From: a virus
Taxonomy: Duplodnaviria > Caudoviricetes
DNA length: 28,179 nucleotides
Reading direction: 5' to 3' (one strand)
Virus record (IMG/VR): IMGVR_UViG_3300033067_000021
Location: 1 to 28,179 of that record
Part shown: positions 26,451 to 28,179 of the stretch, one piece after another
Layout of the letters: the number at the start of each line of letters is the position of its first letter
How positions within the stretch are numbered: position 1 is the stretch's first letter
Program-made: the position numbers and the translations under genes
The notes under the pieces: generated by a model
Told to the model about the DNA's origin: nothing
What the model saw: only the letters and a program-made list of their open reading frames with translations
The model's database searches: none

Positions 26451-26988
26451 CGGTCAACCCCAACCTTTCGGCGTCTTCATTAGTAACAGACTTAGCGCGG
26501 GCATGTTCAATAGCGATACGCTGGACTTCTTCCTTAGAAGGCCGACCTCTCTTTGACCGCTTCGGGGCATCTCCGTCAAGCGCACGATATTGTTCGTAAA
26601 GCCACTTATGCTTAGTAAGCGCCAAAGCGTCTGTAGCTCCGGATACATGATCGAGTGAGATAGCCTGCAACAATAGAGATAACTCTTTGCGCCAAATTGT
26701 AACGTGGGGTTTGAACCAGTCACATTCACAAAGGTTTTCCCAACACTCATATGAGCCAAACACGGAGACCGCAAAGCGGTACTCAGTCGGGTCCATAGCT
26801 GAAAGATAAAGTTTCTTAAGTGAGAGATACCCGTCCGGATGGTCTGTCTCTCGAAGGGTAAACACAGGCTTTGTACCATTGGCAATCACCGATGCGTAGA
26901 TGGTCTCTACAAATAGGGATCGACTACGCCAGCGATTCATGTCATCGCGAAACGTAGAGATCAATAGTTCTCGTTTAGCCTCGTCCAA
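26440..26988 (-). CDS. Putative terminase small subunit (182 aa)
   Basis: Overlaps the TerL start. YLSLKKLYL...DPTEYRFA...W...WF...WRKEL and a basic KRGRPSKEE tail. AAGGA RBS before the TTG start. Confidence 0.7.
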   Translation of the reverse strand: MDEAKRELLISTFRDDMNRWRSRSLFVETIYASVIANGTKPVFTLRETDHPDGYLSLKKLYLSAMDPTEYRFAVSVFGSYECWENLCECDWFKPHVTIWRKELSLLLQAISLDHVSGATDALALTKHKWLYEQYRALDGDAPKRSKRGRPSKEEVQRIAIEHARAKSVTNEDAERLGLTVVK

Positions 26989-28177
26989 TGTTCAACGTCC
27001 TTGCACTAGACCGACCACGCCGGCCATCACGCCTACGAATAACTGAAGGAGCCGTCGCTGTAGTAACAGCAAATGTTACCGTAGCACTCGTGCCCCACAC
27101 AATACCGTCATGATATCGTACGTCAAATGAACAAGCTATAGCCGGATTTGTAGGGTCACAAGCAAGCCAACCAGAGGGATCAACGTAGCAGTTTGCAAGA
27201 GTGGCATTGACAGGGTTACTATACTCTGCCTGCTCTCCACCCACTAGATCAGTCGCACTTGTCTCTTGCCTATTAGATGTTCCGACAAGACTGTTGCTTA
27301 AGTCTACATATACTTTGGTAGCTGGCGGATCAAGTTGTATACCTTCAAGAGTGGTCGTAAGACCCGCAGCATTTGTGACTACAACGTCATTGGGTCCATA
27401 ACGACGATCTCCAAGAGAAAGTGTAAACGTGCCACCCGAAGATGTATTAGTGCTAAGCGTGACAGCTACGCCTCCAACAGTCACACCTGTGACAGCCGAT
27501 GCTGTGGAGTCCCATACCATGGTTACGGTGCTGCCATCCACCATAGGATCAGTTATAGACTCTACGGCTGTGGGTTCCGGGGCAGCGCCATTCTCACCAA
27601 AGGCTAGATAAGCTGTTAGCTCCGCATTACCTGAGACCGTAGCAAAGTTTACAGTCAGTCCATCAGACGCCCACGAAGTTACAGCACCTGTGGTGTTACC
27701 TGTTGCACTACCCGAAGTAGAAAGATTACGAATTACTTGTGAGCTTGAAGCTTGCGACTTATTTGTTGGGGTGGTTGCGTTGTCATCCGACACACAGAAC
27801 AAACCACCTTGGTCAATAGTCGTGGCATCATTGGACGCGCAGCCCAAGCCGAACAAACCATCGGCGTCCGTGTTACCCGAACCCGTAGCAGTCTTCTTTG
27901 TGGGTAAGGTCAGGATGGCCGCCGGAGTACCCGACAGACCCGTGATTGTACTGTCACCAGTGCTTGTCAAGTGTGTAAGTGTACCGACACTTGCCCACCC
28001 ACTTGGGACGTAAACAGCCAACACTGTCACACGATCTGTGCTGACGTTTGTGCTAGAGGCCGTAAGACCAACGTTAGTTGAGTTTGCCGTAGTTACTGTA
28101 ATGCTGTACGCGCTAGCGCCGTTCTCACTGATGAGTGCCGTTGTAAGTAATTCCGCAACAACAGCTTCGTTAGCTTG
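26975..28177 (-). CDS. Thr/Ser/Gly-rich beta-structured virion-like protein, 5'-truncated, with an Ig/IPT-like segment and Arg-rich C-terminal tail
   Basis: The frame stays open past 28030 to the window edge (QANEAVVAELLTTALISENG...). Has the IPT-like stretch SITDP...GSTVTM...VTVGGVAV...DVVVTN and ends RRRDGRRGRSSARTLNIGRG. Confidence 0.65.
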   Translation of the reverse strand, partial: QANEAVVAELLTTALISENGASAYSITVTTANSTNVGLTASSTNVSTDRVTVLAVYVPSGWASVGTLTHLTSTGDSTITGLSGTPAAILTLPTKKTATGSGNTDADGLFGLGCASNDATTIDQGGLFCVSDDNATTPTNKSQASSSQVIRNLSTSGSATGNTTGAVTSWASDGLTVNFATVSGNAELTAYLAFGENGAAPEPTAVESITDPMVDGSTVTMVWDSTASAVTGVTVGGVAVTLSTNTSSGGTFTLSLGDRRYGPNDVVVTNAAGLTTTLEGIQLDPPATKVYVDLSNSLVGTSNRQETSATDLVGGEQAEYSNPVNATLANCYVDPSGWLACDPTNPAIACSFDVRYHDGIVWGTSATVTFAVTTATAPSVIRRRDGRRGRSSARTLNIGRG

Positions 28178-28179
28178 GT

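Noticed and set aside
1-28179. CRISPR array, integrase, reverse transcriptase/DGR or alternative genetic code
   Set aside because: No spaced direct repeats, recombinase or RT motifs, or TR/VR-like pairs were seen. Genes tile densely under the standard code, and no suppressor tRNA is present.

Overview
A 28-kb segment of a tailed dsDNA phage with podovirus-type genes, organised as two convergent arms that meet at a hairpin terminator near 4380-4410. The + arm (1-4353) ends a nucleotide-metabolism region: a partial metallophosphoesterase, a B12-dependent class II ribonucleotide reductase, a YspA/SLOG protein, small membrane ORFs and three tRNAs (Gly-TCC, Thr-TGT, Gln-TTG). The - arm (28179 down to 4431) is a nearly complete virion and lysis operon: partial Thr/Ser-rich protein, TerS, TerL, portal, scaffold, major capsid, probable decoration protein, tailspike, tail adaptor and nozzle, three ejection (internal virion) proteins, lysozyme, a second tail fiber and a 3-TM holin. 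The layout and the class II RNR resemble Zobellviridae (cobavirus/SIO1/ICP2/CW02-like); this is judged by recognition, not by a database search. The most notable signal is an A10 slippery run, the longest homopolymer seen. It lies where the body of the 826-aa ejection protein joins two small C-terminal domains, and both shifted frames stop quickly, suggesting long (cargo-bearing) and short forms. Also notable are selective avoidance of several palindromic hexamers, a fiber gene splitting the lysis genes, and three separate receptor-binding-like proteins.
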